Positions 30,344 to 39,080 are shown, numbered from the stretch's first letter. The stretch: DNA of 64,000 nucleotides from an uncultured Thermoplasmata archaeon (GCA_964585175.1 CAZPCW010000002.1:5535-69534), one strand, 5' to 3'. Program-made: numbers and translations. The notes: generated from the letters alone by a model not told the origin.

Positions 30344-31946
30344 ATATCTGCCTCAAGTATTTCATCGGAACGCTTCCCGCATAGAGTATGATGTCGTGGA
30401 AGAATCTCTCGGTGAAATCGTCTCCCATCCTTTCTTTGACCTCTTCTTTCAACTCTTTGATCATCTTTTTCCCTAAGAGATAGCTGAGCTGATATGCAGG
30501 GTTTTGAGTGTATCTTCTAACTTCTTTTTCCGCGTCCTTCTCGTCCATACCGACGTTATCCACCATGAATTCCACGGCCTCGTCGAAGGACATCTTACCC
30601 GTACTGAGCTTTACATCGACTATTATCCGGGCGGCTCTCCAAACGATATCTTTCGACTGGATCAATCTGGCTTCCGGAGTGTCATCAAAACCGTGCTCTT
30701 TCATCATCTCCTCGCAGTAATGAGCCCATCCCTCTACAGTCTCAACGGCGTTTGAGAATATTCGGAACACGTCATCATTTTCTACTGAAGCCGAAGTCTG
30801 TAGATGATGTCCGGGATATCCTTCATGTACAGTAGTATTTCTCACATCCCAGTAGGAGTAATTATTCAATCTATCTTCGTTTTCAGGTGGGGTCACCATG
30901 TAGAGACCTTTTTTGATTTCGTCGAATTTGGCGGGAGGAAGATAAGCTGCGAAGGGTATGATATTTCTCATATATTCGGGTGTCTCCGTGACTTCTATCT
31001 CCTCTTTATCCGGGATAGTTGCCAGATCGTTCTCTAAGATGAACTCCTTGGCGTCTTCAAGCCCTTCTTCGTACCACTCCAAGGCGTCCTCGAAACTGTC
31101 AGGGACTTCGGATTCAACTTCATTTATAACTTCTTCTACCTCTTTTTCAGGGTCTATCTTTTCGGCGTATTTTTCCATGTCAGCCTTTGATTCTTTCAAC
31201 AATTTTTCTCCGATCTCTAGTACTTCTTCCCCTTCATAACCTATCTCTCTTTTATCGAGCAGTTCCTCGAATTTTTCTTCACCAATAGCGTAATCGTTAT
31301 CGGCGTTGACTTTTAGATCCTTCAACCATTTGACGTATTCGTCCAACGCTTCGTCAGCTTCGTCTATGGCATCGCTGATTTCGCTCAACTGGTCCTCGTC
31401 ATAACCTTCCTTTTTCGCCAGCATCTGCACGAGCTTGAAAAGCATCGGTAACTGTTCCGCGGATTCGATGGCCATATCGATCCACAATTCGACCGGATCA
31501 TCTATCCTCGATCTTTCATCCTCGATAATATCAGGTATTTCTTTTATCCTTGAAACAATATCATCTAATCTTTCTTCGAGAGGGGCGAACTCTCTTTTCA
31601 GGAGAGGGAAAATGGAGGAACCTATGATATTGGGTGCCTGTGGAGCTCTTTCCCAATGCTTTAGTCTTTCCAAGTTGAACAACCGGAGTTCAAATATATG
31701 CACACCTAATTTTTTTGCCAACCGGTTCTCTCTGCTCAGTTCCTCGTCGTCAAAAGCCTCTAATTCTTCCAACCAATCTTTCATCATCTGTATATCTTCA
31801 GTATACTTTTCTCTGGTAAAGTCAGGTAATTGATCATCATATTCGTGTTTGCCCAGATGAGTCGCCATTATAGGATTTCTCTCTAAAAATGTATCAAATA
31901 CCTCTTCCTCAAACTCTTCGAATTTTTCGTCAGCACGTTCTGTCAT
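30318..31946 (-). CDS. DUF885-family protein (putative metallopeptidase-like)
   Basis: 542 aa. The HEGYPGHHLQ motif is characteristic of DUF885. The protein is extremely acidic. Confidence 0.65.
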   Translation of the reverse strand: MTERADEKFEEFEEEVFDTFLERNPIMATHLGKHEYDDQLPDFTREKYTEDIQMMKDWLEELEAFDDEELSRENRLAKKLGVHIFELRLFNLERLKHWERAPQAPNIIGSSIFPLLKREFAPLEERLDDIVSRIKEIPDIIEDERSRIDDPVELWIDMAIESAEQLPMLFKLVQMLAKKEGYDEDQLSEISDAIDEADEALDEYVKWLKDLKVNADNDYAIGEEKFEELLDKREIGYEGEEVLEIGEKLLKESKADMEKYAEKIDPEKEVEEVINEVESEVPDSFEDALEWYEEGLEDAKEFILENDLATIPDKEEIEVTETPEYMRNIIPFAAYLPPAKFDEIKKGLYMVTPPENEDRLNNYSYWDVRNTTVHEGYPGHHLQTSASVENDDVFRIFSNAVETVEGWAHYCEEMMKEHGFDDTPEARLIQSKDIVWRAARIIVDVKLSTGKMSFDEAVEFMVDNVGMDEKDAEKEVRRYTQNPAYQLSYLLGKKMIKELKEEVKERMGDDFTERFFHDIILYAGSVPMKYLRQIFDHKIENA

Positions 31947-32133
31947 ATTTGCCCGTCCTTTGCATCTTGGCGAAAAAACCTACTGATATTTAATATCTGC
32001 TCTTTCAGCCTGAATAAATGATCTTTAAAGGTCGGAAATCGGAGTCTAGTGAAGAACAAAAAGATTTCACTATTCCCCATAAAGGTTATAACGGGTTTAT
32101 TCCATTCCTTTTGGTTGAAGGAAGTGAATAATC

Positions 32134-32370
32134 ATGTCAAATATTAAAGATGTCGACGTTCATGGAGAAACTTGTCCAGTACCTTTAGTTGAGACCAGAA
32201 AGGCGATACGGAAAGCCTCACCGGGCGAGATAATAGAGGTGTCCGGCGATCATCCCGAGTCAAAAGAAGAAATTCCCATGGCTGTCGATGAGCTTGGATT
32301 GGAACTCCTAGATATGAAAGAGGAGGGGAAAAAATGGAAGATAAGGATAAAAATACCGGAGGAGGATTGA
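32134..32370 (+). CDS. tusA: TusA-like sulfurtransferase
   Basis: 78 aa. The GETCPVP (CPxP) active-site motif appears near the N-terminus at the typical position. Confidence 0.8.
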   Translation: MSNIKDVDVHGETCPVPLVETRKAIRKASPGEIIEVSGDHPESKEEIPMAVDELGLELLDMKEEGKKWKIRIKIPEED

Positions 32371-32371
32371 T

Positions 32372-32797
32372 TTGTCTGAACAAGAAAAGGCCACCTTGAT
32401 CATCCACAGCGGTGAATTCGACAAGATATACAGTGCCTTGATACTCGGAACCGGAGCGCTTTCGATGGGAATGGAAGTATCGATGTACTTCACTTTCTGG
32501 GGGTTGGAGAGGCTGAAAAAGGACAGTCTAGATAAAGGACCGATGTCCAGGATGAATTATTTCGGCATGGGTAAATGGATGATGAAGAGAAAATTGGAAG
32601 AGTCGAACGTTCGGGAGCTCGACGACTTGCTTGAAGATTTCAACGAGTTGGGCGGTAAAATTTTAGCCTGTGATATGACCATGGATATAATGGGGATAGA
32701 CAAAGAAGATTTAAGAGATGAAGTCATAACCGATTACTGTGCAGTCGGTACGTATATTAAGGAAGCTAAAGAATCAGATGTTACGCTCTTCATATAG
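32372..32797 (+). CDS. DsrE/DsrF-like family protein
   Basis: 141 aa. N-terminal TLIIHSG, the conserved Cys in ILACDMTM and the C-terminal ...TLFI fit the DsrE/YchN fold family. It is adjacent to tusA. Confidence 0.6.
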   Translation: MSEQEKATLIIHSGEFDKIYSALILGTGALSMGMEVSMYFTFWGLERLKKDSLDKGPMSRMNYFGMGKWMMKRKLEESNVRELDDLLEDFNELGGKILACDMTMDIMGIDKEDLRDEVITDYCAVGTYIKEAKESDVTLFI

Positions 32798-33988
32798 GTG
32801 ATAAAGATGCAGGATGAAATAATATATATGGATAACTCGGCCAGCTCAGAACTGGACGAAGAAGTATTCGAGGCGATGAAACCTTACATGTTGGATAATT
32901 ATGCGGTCGCGACTTCAGATTTCGCATACAGCATGGGTGTAGAGGCGAAAGAAGCGCTAAACGCCGCGAGGGAGACTATCGCTAACGAGTTGAATGCATC
33001 AGAAGAAGAGTTCATATTCACTTCTTGTGCGACGGAATCCAGCAATCTAGCGCTTAAAGGTGTGACTGAAGAACTTTCTGAAGAGGGAGATCATATAATA
33101 ATCTCAGATATCGAGGATTTTCCCGTGCTAAAAACGGCTCAGAAACTGGAAAAAAACGGCTTCGATGTTACCTATTTAGACGTGGACGAAAAAGGCTTTG
33201 TAGACCTAGAGCAGTTGAAAAACGCGATCGATGAAGACACCATTCTAGTTTCTATACAGCACGGAAACCAGGAGATAGGGACTCTTCAGGACATAGAGAA
33301 GATAGCCGAGATATGCGATGAAAACGATGTCGTTTATCACACCGACGCGACACATACATTCGGTAGAGTTCCGATAGATGTGAGCGAGGTCCCGGTAGAC
33401 CTTATCACCGTTTCGGCCCATACGATACACGGTCCGAGAGGTATCGGCGGTCTTTATATCAGGGAAGGCACACCTATCGAAAAACAGATGGAAGGTGGTT
33501 TTCAGGAAAACAACATGAGAGCCGGGGTGGAAAATATACCCGGTGCGGTCGGCTTCGCTAAAGCCGTAGAACTGATCGACGAGGAAGAAAATAAGAGATT
33601 GGAAAAGCTGAGAGACAAGTTGATCGAAGGTATGAAGGAAGAGATCTCTGATGTAATCCTCAACGGACCTGAAGATAAAAGAACGCCTCAAAACGCTAAC
33701 CTGACTTTTCACTATGTCGAGGGCGAATCTATCACATTACATCTAGACATGAGAGGTATCGCGGTCAGTACCGGCTCGGCGTGTTTCAGCAAGTCCCTAG
33801 AAGCGAGCCATGTTATATTGGGTATAGGAGGCGATCACGAGAGAGCTCACGGCTCGATAAGATTCACTTTAGGAAGGTTCAATGATGAAGATCAAGTTGA
33901 AGAAGTGGTCGAGGCCACTTCGGATATCATACAAAATCTGAGAGATATAAGCCCGTTGGGCGAAGAAAAAGATGAAGAGGAGGAATGA
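32798..33988 (+). CDS. iscS: IscS/NifS-like class V aminotransferase lacking the PLP-binding lysine (Cys-loop retained)
   Basis: 396 aa. ATESSNLALKG, DATHTFG and STGSACFS (persulfide Cys loop) are present. The canonical S-x-H-K PLP-lysine motif reads TVSAHTIHGPRG (K→T). The GTG start is as given in the track; an alternative ATG lies at 32807. Confidence 0.8.
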   Translation: MIKMQDEIIYMDNSASSELDEEVFEAMKPYMLDNYAVATSDFAYSMGVEAKEALNAARETIANELNASEEEFIFTSCATESSNLALKGVTEELSEEGDHIIISDIEDFPVLKTAQKLEKNGFDVTYLDVDEKGFVDLEQLKNAIDEDTILVSIQHGNQEIGTLQDIEKIAEICDENDVVYHTDATHTFGRVPIDVSEVPVDLITVSAHTIHGPRGIGGLYIREGTPIEKQMEGGFQENNMRAGVENIPGAVGFAKAVELIDEEENKRLEKLRDKLIEGMKEEISDVILNGPEDKRTPQNANLTFHYVEGESITLHLDMRGIAVSTGSACFSKSLEASHVILGIGGDHERAHGSIRFTLGRFNDEDQVEEVVEATSDIIQNLRDISPLGEEKDEEEE

Positions 33989-34629
33989 TTATGGATAATG
34001 CGCCGTATACTGAAAAGGTTATCGAATACTTTCAAAATCCCAAGAACGTTGGAACGATAGAGGATCCGGACGGTTACGCTAAAGAAGGTAGCCCGGCCTG
34101 TGGAGACATGGTGGAACTGTTCTTGAGAGTAGATGAAGATACCCAAGAGATCAAAGATGTTAAGTTCAAATCCTACGGATGCGCTTCGAATATAGCGACC
34201 GGTTCAATAATAACCGAGATGGCGAAAGGTAGTACTATAGAAGAGGCTAAAGAGATCACTTGGCAGGAAGCGGCCGATGAACTCGGCGGTTTACCGGACC
34301 TAAAGACACACTGTTCCGTTTTAGCCGTAGACGCCCTCAGGGAAGCTATCAGGAATTTCGAGGAGAGGCACGGAATCGGAGAAGAGCAGAAGGAAACCAC
34401 TGCTGAAGTGGTGAAGGAACGGTTAAAACATGTGATGAATCCTATGACCGGCGTTGATGTGATAGAAACTGATCTGATACACGATATCGAAGTCGAGGAC
34501 GGAAAGATATCGATCGAAGTCGATCTGGAAGAGGATCATCAATTCGCTTCCGCCGTGAAAGAGGACATAAAGGAAAAATTGGAGCCCAGATGGGATGTCG
34601 AAGAAGTAATCGTTCACTTCAACGAATAG
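33985..34629 (+). CDS. iscU: IscU scaffold fused to C-terminal DUF59/MIP18-like domain
   Basis: 214 aa. The IscU domain carries the three conserved Cys (PACGD, YGCASN, THCSV). The C-terminal ~80 aa (VVKERLKHVMNPMTGVDVIETDL...) parallel the standalone DUF59 protein at 13410–13736. Confidence 0.8.
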   Translation: MIMDNAPYTEKVIEYFQNPKNVGTIEDPDGYAKEGSPACGDMVELFLRVDEDTQEIKDVKFKSYGCASNIATGSIITEMAKGSTIEEAKEITWQEAADELGGLPDLKTHCSVLAVDALREAIRNFEERHGIGEEQKETTAEVVKERLKHVMNPMTGVDVIETDLIHDIEVEDGKISIEVDLEEDHQFASAVKEDIKEKLEPRWDVEEVIVHFNE

Positions 34630-34646
34630 TTTTTAGAGGTCTTATA

Positions 34647-35360
34647 ATGGAGACCAACAGGTTGAAAAGGATCTTCAGGAAATACGCCAACGACAAGCTT
34701 CCGGAGGAAGCGGTTCTAGAAAAGTGTAAAGATGCAGAGCCCATGGAGATGTGGCACGCCAGGTTGTCTCTGATGATGGACGGAAACATCACTGAATCAC
34801 AAGCTAAACCCCTGGCGGATATAATAAATCGACTTACTAGAGGACGAACTAACATGTTGAAAGACCTTCCAACAAAGCATCCTCTAAGGATTTTTTTGAT
34901 GGAGCACAGGCAGATGGAAAAACTGTTTAGGATGTTGGAAAACCTGGAGATAAACGAATACGAAGAGATATCCTCAGAAGTGGAAGAACAGCTGAAAGAT
35001 ATAACAGAGAAAATGATGGAGATAGAAAAACACGAGACGAGAGAGGAAAAAAATCTGCTGCCGCGACTCGTCGAACTGAGTGAGAACAAAAAAGGCGTGG
35101 CCGGGATGGTAAAGCTGATAAAAATACGCCATTCACAGCTGATGAGGGATATAGTGAAATTAAGAAACCTCTCGTTAGAGGAGAAAGAAAATAGTGAAAT
35201 GATAGTGAAAAATAGGGACGAGCTTCTCTATTCGATGAGAGACCACAATTTCAAAGAGAACAGGATACTCTATCCTTTGGCTCTAGAAATCATAGAGGAC
35301 TGGGACGAAATAAAAGAAGAGAATGAGCAAATAGGATACATCAACTCTGAGATGGTGTGA
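34647..35360 (+). CDS. DUF438 + hemerythrin-like (HHE cation-binding) domain protein, paralog 1
   Basis: 237 aa from the ATG at 34647. The HPLRIFLMEH...EKHETREEKNLLPRL pattern fits the hemerythrin HHE domain. The C-terminal ENRILYPLALEIIEDW is shared with paralog 2. Confidence 0.55.
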   Translation: METNRLKRIFRKYANDKLPEEAVLEKCKDAEPMEMWHARLSLMMDGNITESQAKPLADIINRLTRGRTNMLKDLPTKHPLRIFLMEHRQMEKLFRMLENLEINEYEEISSEVEEQLKDITEKMMEIEKHETREEKNLLPRLVELSENKKGVAGMVKLIKIRHSQLMRDIVKLRNLSLEEKENSEMIVKNRDELLYSMRDHNFKENRILYPLALEIIEDWDEIKEENEQIGYINSEMV

Positions 35361-35367
35361 TGATTAT

Positions 35368-35586
35368 ATGACTTCGATCAGCATAGATCAAAACGGATGC
35401 ATAAGTTGTGGCATGTGCAGCACCCTCTGCCCGGAGGTGTTCGTGATGGACGAAAATGGTGTTGCACAGGTGAAAGTCGAATATCGAGGAAATAATCCTT
35501 CCGAGGGGGATCCCCCTGCAGATATAGGATGTGTAAAAGACGCGGTAGAAAGCTGTCCGGTAGATGTAATCACAGCGGAAGATTAG
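35368..35586 (+). CDS. Small single-cluster [4Fe-4S]/[3Fe-4S] ferredoxin
   Basis: 72 aa. It has the CISCGMCSTLCP ... CP cysteine pattern. Confidence 0.75.
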   Translation: MTSISIDQNGCISCGMCSTLCPEVFVMDENGVAQVKVEYRGNNPSEGDPPADIGCVKDAVESCPVDVITAED

Positions 35587-35601
35587 AAGGACGCGATATG
35601 C

Positions 35602-36297
35602 ATGGATGTGGAAAAAGTATCCGAGATACTGAAGGATATCTATTTGGAAAAAATCAGCAAAGAAGAAGGAATAGAAAAGCTGAAAAACGCTACCCCCATC
35701 GATCTGACTTCAGCCGAACTTCGTCTGATAAGCGAAGGTATGGATGGGTTGGAGATAGAAGAGATAAGCCAGATATACGACGAGATAATAGACGACCAGA
35801 CCAGTAAATTACTGAAAACGCTTGGTGAGAACCATCCTATTAAGAGGATGATCCTAGAGCACAAAGAGATCAGCGATTTTTTGGAAAATCTACTTGGTTT
35901 TTCGAGCAAAATAAGAACCAAAAAATACGAAGAAATGATGGATCAGTTCGACAACTTCCGAGATAATCTAAAACTTATACAATTCCATGAAAAGCGAGAG
36001 GAGGAAATCTTTTTCCCGGAGCTCGCGGATAAAGGTTTCGAAAAAAGGATAGAGATACTTGAAAAAGAACATCGCTATATCGATGAATATATAGACCAGA
36101 TGGATGAATTCTTGCAGAATTTAGAAAAAAACGAATTGGAAGCTCTAAAATCTATCGAGGAAATAATCTATACATTGAATTTTCACATGTTTATAGAAAA
36201 CAATCTTCTTTATCCTCTAGCGTTAGAAGAGATAGATGAGTGGGGAGATTTGAAAAAGAAAAGTGAAGATATGGGGTATATCGATTTGGAGTCCTAG
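35602..36297 (+). CDS. DUF438 + hemerythrin-like (HHE) domain protein, paralog 2
   Basis: 231 aa. NHPIKRMILEHKE...FHEKREEEIFFPEL and C-terminal ENNLLYPLALEEIDEW are present. It is clearly paralogous to 34647–35360. Confidence 0.55.
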   Translation: MDVEKVSEILKDIYLEKISKEEGIEKLKNATPIDLTSAELRLISEGMDGLEIEEISQIYDEIIDDQTSKLLKTLGENHPIKRMILEHKEISDFLENLLGFSSKIRTKKYEEMMDQFDNFRDNLKLIQFHEKREEEIFFPELADKGFEKRIEILEKEHRYIDEYIDQMDEFLQNLEKNELEALKSIEEIIYTLNFHMFIENNLLYPLALEEIDEWGDLKKKSEDMGYIDLES

Positions 36298-36305
36298 TTC
36301 ACATT

Positions 36306-37301
36306 TTAATAGCCTCTTTCAACGTCCACGATGTTGACTTCTTCTCCCTCAGATAGAGATTCTAAGATTTCAGCTAGATTTTTTATCCTGTACTTGCCCC
36401 TTTCCTTGATCTGAGTGGCACGGTGAGGGCTAAAAATCACGTTTTCGAATTCGTCTAGACGATAATTTGAAGGAAAAGTTTCAGTTCTAGCTTCTTTATC
36501 AGGAGGATAATTCCACCAAACGTCTATCCCTGCACCTTCGACTTCTCCGGATTTTAACGCCTCGTAAAGAGCTTCCTCGTCGATGACCGGGCCTCGGCCC
36601 ACGTTGACTATATGCACGCCTTCCTTCATCTGCTCGAACTCTTCGAAACTTAGATACCCTCTAGTTTCATCTGTCTCCGGCAGCGTGGAAACTATGAAGT
36701 CCGCTTCACTCAACTGTTCGGGTAGATGTTCGTTAGTTTTTAGTTCGTTGACCAGTTCACTTTTACCAGGAGTTCGCTTCACAGCGTTAACTTCCATGTT
36801 GAATGCGTTTCCCATCCTCGCGATCTCTTTTCCTATCTCACCAAAACCGAGGATGAGCAGCGTTTTATCTCTCAATCCTTTGCCCGTTCCGTCTTCGTAT
36901 CTAGGGGTCCAGTCGCCTTCTTTCATCTTGTCGTGGATCGGTACGAGTTTCTTAGCGCTAGCAAGAAGTAGAGAGAAAGCGTGTTCCGCCACCATCCAGT
37001 AGTTGAAATGAGAATTGATCACTTTGATATCTGGAAAATCTCGCAGTTTTTCTTTGTCGGAATGCGGTAGTCCCACAAAGGGAACGATATAGTATTTCAG
37101 ATTCTCAGCGTTCTCCAGGAACTCTCTCGATATCCGAGAACCTATGACCGCATCGAAACGGTCCGCTTCATCGATCATCTCTTCTTCTTGGTCTGCAGTG
37201 ACCTCCACAACTTCGATATCTGGAGAAACGAGGTCCGATAACGTTTCCTCTTCCTTCTCGTCAAAGAGGCTCTTGAATGGATCTAGATGAAGGACTTTCA
37301 T
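36306..37301 (-). CDS. D-isomer-specific 2-hydroxyacid dehydrogenase (NAD-binding)
   Basis: 331 aa. The Rossmann GFGEIGKEIA motif and a catalytic R/E/H pattern (SPHRA) are present. Confidence 0.8.
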   Translation of the reverse strand: MKVLHLDPFKSLFDEKEEETLSDLVSPDIEVVEVTADQEEEMIDEADRFDAVIGSRISREFLENAENLKYYIVPFVGLPHSDKEKLRDFPDIKVINSHFNYWMVAEHAFSLLLASAKKLVPIHDKMKEGDWTPRYEDGTGKGLRDKTLLILGFGEIGKEIARMGNAFNMEVNAVKRTPGKSELVNELKTNEHLPEQLSEADFIVSTLPETDETRGYLSFEEFEQMKEGVHIVNVGRGPVIDEEALYEALKSGEVEGAGIDVWWNYPPDKEARTETFPSNYRLDEFENVIFSPHRATQIKERGKYRIKNLAEILESLSEGEEVNIVDVERGY

Positions 37302-37440
37302 ATCTATGCACCTGGTATAAGAAGGATTTCTTGAGGTCTAAAACGTTTCCCCTTAGATATTGAACCTAAGAGGATGAAAACTAACTATTATAACATATGA
37401 ACAGTGTTTCAGGTAAACTTATATCAACTCTTCGCGTTAT

Positions 37441-38523
37441 TTGATTTGTAGGAAAAAGATGAAGATATTGGTATTAGGAGCCGGTGGTGTAGGAAAAGCT
37501 GTCGTTCACGAGCTTTATAGAGATCACGAAGTGTCGGTCGGAGATATCGATAGCGGAAATCTGAAGAAGCTGGAAGATAAGGCCGATACTTTCATTTTGG
37601 ATATAAAGAAAGAAGAAGAAGTGCTTTCTAAGATGGAGAAGCACGATATCGTCATCGGAGCCCTTCCTGGTGAATTCGGCTATCGAACGGTAGATGCCGC
37701 TATAGAATCAGGAACGGACATCGTTGACGTTTCCTTCATGCCTGAAGATCCACTAAAGCTCAGATCGAAAGCTGAAGAAAATGACGTGACAGCAGTGGTC
37801 GACGCCGGTTTCGGACCAGGCATGAGCAACGTTTTGATGGGTAGGATAGCCGAGGAGATTGATCGTATAGATTACGGGATTATACGTATAGGAGGTCTCC
37901 CTAAAGATCCAAAACCTCCTCTATACTACAAGTCAACTTGGTCCACTCAGGACCTGATAGAAGAATATACTCGCGAAGCGAGGATGAAACGTGACAGCGA
38001 GGTGATCAAACTCGACCCTCTAAACGAGATAAATGAGGTCAAGATCAGAGAACGAGAGTTCGAAGAGTTCTACAGCGACGGACTGCGAACGCTGCTAGAC
38101 ACTATAGACGCGGAAACTCTCGAGGAGACGACGCTTCGCTGGGAAGGTCACTTAGAGAAGATGAAAGTTCTTCGAGAGTTGGGTTTCTTCAAGGAGGAAA
38201 ATGTAAAAGATACGTTGGAAGTCATCACACCACACATGAAATACGAGAGCGACGATTTCTCGATCATGGATATACATGTGGAAGGAAAGAATGACGGGAA
38301 GGATACGGATATCAACTACTTCTTCTACGACGAGGCCGATGACACTTTTTCTTCCATGTCTAGATCGACCGGATTTACTACCGCTATCATGGCTCGATTG
38401 ATGAACCAGAAAGATCTTCCAAGCGGGGTTCTTCCGCCGGAAAGACTCGGGAGAAAAGAAGAATATTTCGATTTCATAGTGGAAAGGATCAGAGACAAGG
38501 GCATAAAGATAGAAAGATATTGA
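37441..38523 (+). CDS. Saccharopine dehydrogenase-like NAD(P)-binding oxidoreductase
   Basis: 360 aa. The probable start is MKILVLGAGGVGKAV at 37459. The N-terminal Rossmann fold and length fit the Sacchrp_dh family. Confidence 0.65.
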   Translation: MICRKKMKILVLGAGGVGKAVVHELYRDHEVSVGDIDSGNLKKLEDKADTFILDIKKEEEVLSKMEKHDIVIGALPGEFGYRTVDAAIESGTDIVDVSFMPEDPLKLRSKAEENDVTAVVDAGFGPGMSNVLMGRIAEEIDRIDYGIIRIGGLPKDPKPPLYYKSTWSTQDLIEEYTREARMKRDSEVIKLDPLNEINEVKIREREFEEFYSDGLRTLLDTIDAETLEETTLRWEGHLEKMKVLRELGFFKEENVKDTLEVITPHMKYESDDFSIMDIHVEGKNDGKDTDINYFFYDEADDTFSSMSRSTGFTTAIMARLMNQKDLPSGVLPPERLGRKEEYFDFIVERIRDKGIKIERY

Positions 38524-38550
38524 ACGGGTTAAGATTGTTCAAATCCAAAA

Positions 38551-38769
38551 TCACTCCTCGGTCACCATGATTTCAGCACCTTTAACGACAGATACTTCCT
38601 TATCTCTAGCAAACTTTCTTATCTCTTTGATCAGTTTTAAGTAAAGAGAATATCCTTTCTTCCCGTCGATTTTCTCACTTAGAACTCTAGAAAGAGCTTC
38701 GTAAAACTGCTCGTCATCTCTCTTCTCATCTAAAGCTCTCTTTACTATCTTTTTCCCTTTTTCGTCCAT
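38551..38769 (-). CDS. Hypothetical small basic protein
   Basis: 72 aa ORF with no recognisable motif. Confidence 0.3.
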   Translation of the reverse strand: MDEKGKKIVKRALDEKRDDEQFYEALSRVLSEKIDGKKGYSLYLKLIKEIRKFARDKEVSVVKGAEIMVTEE

Positions 38770-39080
38770 GATATCGTTATCTCCCGCGGCATATCCGGGA
38801 AATCCGTCTACTAATCATACTTTTGAACAGTAAAGTATATTTGGGAAGTCCTATAATCGAAATGCTGCGAGATGACGATACGGGTAATCGCCGGGGAATA
38901 AGATATGCCTCGTTCCCTCCCACTTTATATGCTCAAAAACCTTTCGCTCCTAAGGCGGGTAATCGTCGGAAGCAAAGCTTCTGACTTACCCTCATCATTC
39001 ATTCGCATTCATGACTGCGGGTTACGCGGAAAAGATTTCCACTAACCCGCAAGTTTTCGCTCGTGAATTCGCCTCAACTC

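Noticed and set aside
35529-35807. Arg-rich 92-aa ORF (MCKRRGRKLSGRC…) overlapping ferredoxin and hemerythrin paralog 2
   Set aside because: It is an alternative frame across two well-supported genes. Its arginine-rich composition comes from GA-rich codons in the real frame.
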